Made by a program: the position numbers and the translations under genes. Shown here one piece after another: positions 54,470 through 55,844 of a stretch of 55,844 bases of DNA (its first letter is position 1; every line of letters starts with the position of its first letter). Source of the DNA: a virus (taxonomy: Duplodnaviria > Caudoviricetes); the IMG/VR virus record IMGVR_UViG_3300043446_000624, positions 1 to 55,844 of that record; one strand, given 5' to 3'. The notes under the pieces were generated by a model. It was not told where the DNA came from. It ran no database searches and saw only the letters and a list, made by a program, of their open reading frames with translations.

Positions 54470-55128
54470 AGTTTTCCTCTATAAAACTCACAGGAGGTGA
54501 CTGGGCACCACCCGCACAGTGGGGTTGGGTTGGCTTGCCACTTGTCGTTGACATGACACAAGCGCAAGCGTTCTAGGTGGGGGATGAAGTCGGCCCACAT
54601 CTTGTCGATGTTTTCCCGCTTGAAGTCCCCCGTGATGAAGTTGTTGTGGGCAACAAATAACAGACCAGCCTTGATGTACTCCACCTCTGGGAAGTGCGCA
54701 AACACCATGAGTGCCATCAACTGCAACTGTTTCATGTCAGGATAGCGGTCGCTTCCTGTCTTGTAGTCCACCACGAATCCGGTGTCTCCGTCGATGACAA
54801 CCAAATCCGCGATCCCACGCACCCAATAATCAGTCCAAGTGGTCGGTTTGCGGTCGAAGTCGAGCGCCATGCGATGCTCGGGGTACTTGTCCCCATCCAT
54901 GTCCCGCAACGGGTCAAGCATAGCCTTGTAACGCTCGTAGTTCTTCAGTAGCGGCGTGCCATCCTTGACATAGTTTTCCAGCGCACTGTGCACCTCAGTG
55001 CCGTACAGCATCTGGGGTGTTGTTTTCTTCTGGAACCGCTTCAGAACCTTGACTTCGTTGTACTGCCGGGGGCAATTCTGGAAGTCCTTGAGACTGGAAT
55101 AAGACCACTTGATTTCTTGGGGATTCAT
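54466..55128 (-). CDS. Cas4/RecB-like PD-(D/E)XK exonuclease
   Basis: WSYSSL..FQNCP, ADL, VDYKTG, QLQLM, CGWCP...C. Confidence 0.9.
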   Translation of the reverse strand: MNPQEIKWSYSSLKDFQNCPRQYNEVKVLKRFQKKTTPQMLYGTEVHSALENYVKDGTPLLKNYERYKAMLDPLRDMDGDKYPEHRMALDFDRKPTTWTDYWVRGIADLVVIDGDTGFVVDYKTGSDRYPDMKQLQLMALMVFAHFPEVEYIKAGLLFVAHNNFITGDFKRENIDKMWADFIPHLERLRLCHVNDKWQANPTPLCGWCPVTSCEFYRGKL

Positions 55129-55754
55129 AGACTGGTACGTTGTTTCTTTGACCCCGTGGAGGTTACCATATTGAGCCGTTTTGGGTTGAATCCCCGGTCC
55201 CGGTCCCAGAACGTGTCGCCACGCAATATGAAGAAGATGTAGTCTTGGGTGTAGCCCCGGTTCCCCACTATCATTGTCCCGACGTTAAATCGACCTCCAA
55301 AGATGTTCAAGGCGCTCAGGGAAGATATTTTTGACCCACCGATGTAGGCACTGCTGGGCGAGACGTTTGACTGAATTGGCCCCAAAAATACGGGCAGGTT
55401 CAGCGACCGAGAGTACCCTGCGGCCTGCTCAAGATAGTCTGCCAACACCGTAGCCGCCATATCCCCCTCGTAGTGCATAGACATACGTCGCTTGCACTCA
55501 ATCCCGAACTTGATCTGTTTTCCAGAAATTAAGTCTAAGGTATCAACAACAAAGTCAATCCGGTTCCCCGCCCCGGTGTTTACTTGTTCCTGATACTCCC
55601 ATTCCTGTCCGTCAAGAAAACGCCGCACCAAATCAGATGCGGTTTTCTCAGTCTCGTAGTCGGCGGCAAACAGCTTTTGCTTGCGCTTCAGTTCTGCCTG
55701 ATGTTTTAGATATGCGGCGTTGGGGTGCACGTATGGGGTATTAAGCATCTGCAT
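55125..55754 (-). CDS. putative PD-(D/E)XK restriction-endonuclease-fold protein
   Basis: EQV...RIDFVV...GIECK...EQAAGY motifs; GGAG RBS before MQMLN. Confidence 0.55.
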   Translation of the reverse strand: MQMLNTPYVHPNAAYLKHQAELKRKQKLFAADYETEKTASDLVRRFLDGQEWEYQEQVNTGAGNRIDFVVDTLDLISGKQIKFGIECKRRMSMHYEGDMAATVLADYLEQAAGYSRSLNLPVFLGPIQSNVSPSSAYIGGSKISSLSALNIFGGRFNVGTMIVGNRGYTQDYIFFILRGDTFWDRDRGFNPKRLNMVTSTGSKKQRTSL

Positions 55755-55844
55755 AGGTCGCTCCCGCTTTAGCTTCACATGCCACGGGAAGCCCCGGAGC
55801 CCACGCTGGCGCGACAGACATGAGACCAGTTATTAGCCTCTTGG
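55741..55844 (-). CDS. family A DNA polymerase, C-terminal end (5'-truncated by window)
   Basis: ...GLMSVAPAWAPGLPVACEAKAGATYADA*, a typical phage PolA C-terminus. Confidence 0.75.
   Translation of the reverse strand, partial: KRLITGLMSVAPAWAPGLPVACEAKAGATYADA

Noticed and set aside
55821-55833. 13-nt inverted match to the ATAACTGGTCTCA element at 3944-3956
   Set aside because: Lies inside polymerase coding sequence without the flanking terminator or CGCGCG context; likely chance
1-55844. Integrase, att sites, tRNA genes, introns or inteins
   Set aside because: None recognised; terminase, helicase and primase are uninterrupted and of normal length. The rest of the genome is outside the window

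Overview
A 55.8 kb stretch of a tailed dsDNA phage genome, podovirus-like with a P22/T7-style portal, tail-tubular and ejection-protein layout and a Mu-gpT-like major capsid protein. No integrase, tRNA or CRISPR array was seen. Layout: (i) 1-5.6 kb, small early genes on the minus strand around a repeat-rich origin-like region; (ii) 5.9-47.5 kb, one plus-strand late block (terS, terL, portal, GroES, scaffold, capsid, small Lys-rich proteins, adaptors, tail fibres and adhesin, holin and M15 endolysin, tail tubular B, four internal/ejection proteins); (iii) 47.5-55.8 kb, a minus-strand replication block (primase-DUF927, HTH, SSB-like, SNF2 helicase, HNH, Cas4-like exonuclease, 3' end of a family A polymerase). 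Best candidate for a new system: an acyl carrier protein, an intact Cys-His-His ketosynthase and a possible GNAT-like gene sit directly in front of an ejection protein starting MGKSVT, which suggests phage-directed lipidation of an internal virion protein. Other strong signals: a [FYML]-[AKS]-x-G-G tag shared by the portal, small basic proteins and ejection proteins; a C4-like structured RNA whose loop is antisense to phage ribosome-binding sites; a kissing-loop RNA after the capsid gene; an FtsK-gamma-like domain in the giant ejection protein; and an origin-like region with DnaA boxes, an IHF site and about 18 TTCCAA repeats. All family assignments come from recognising motifs by eye; no database search was run.
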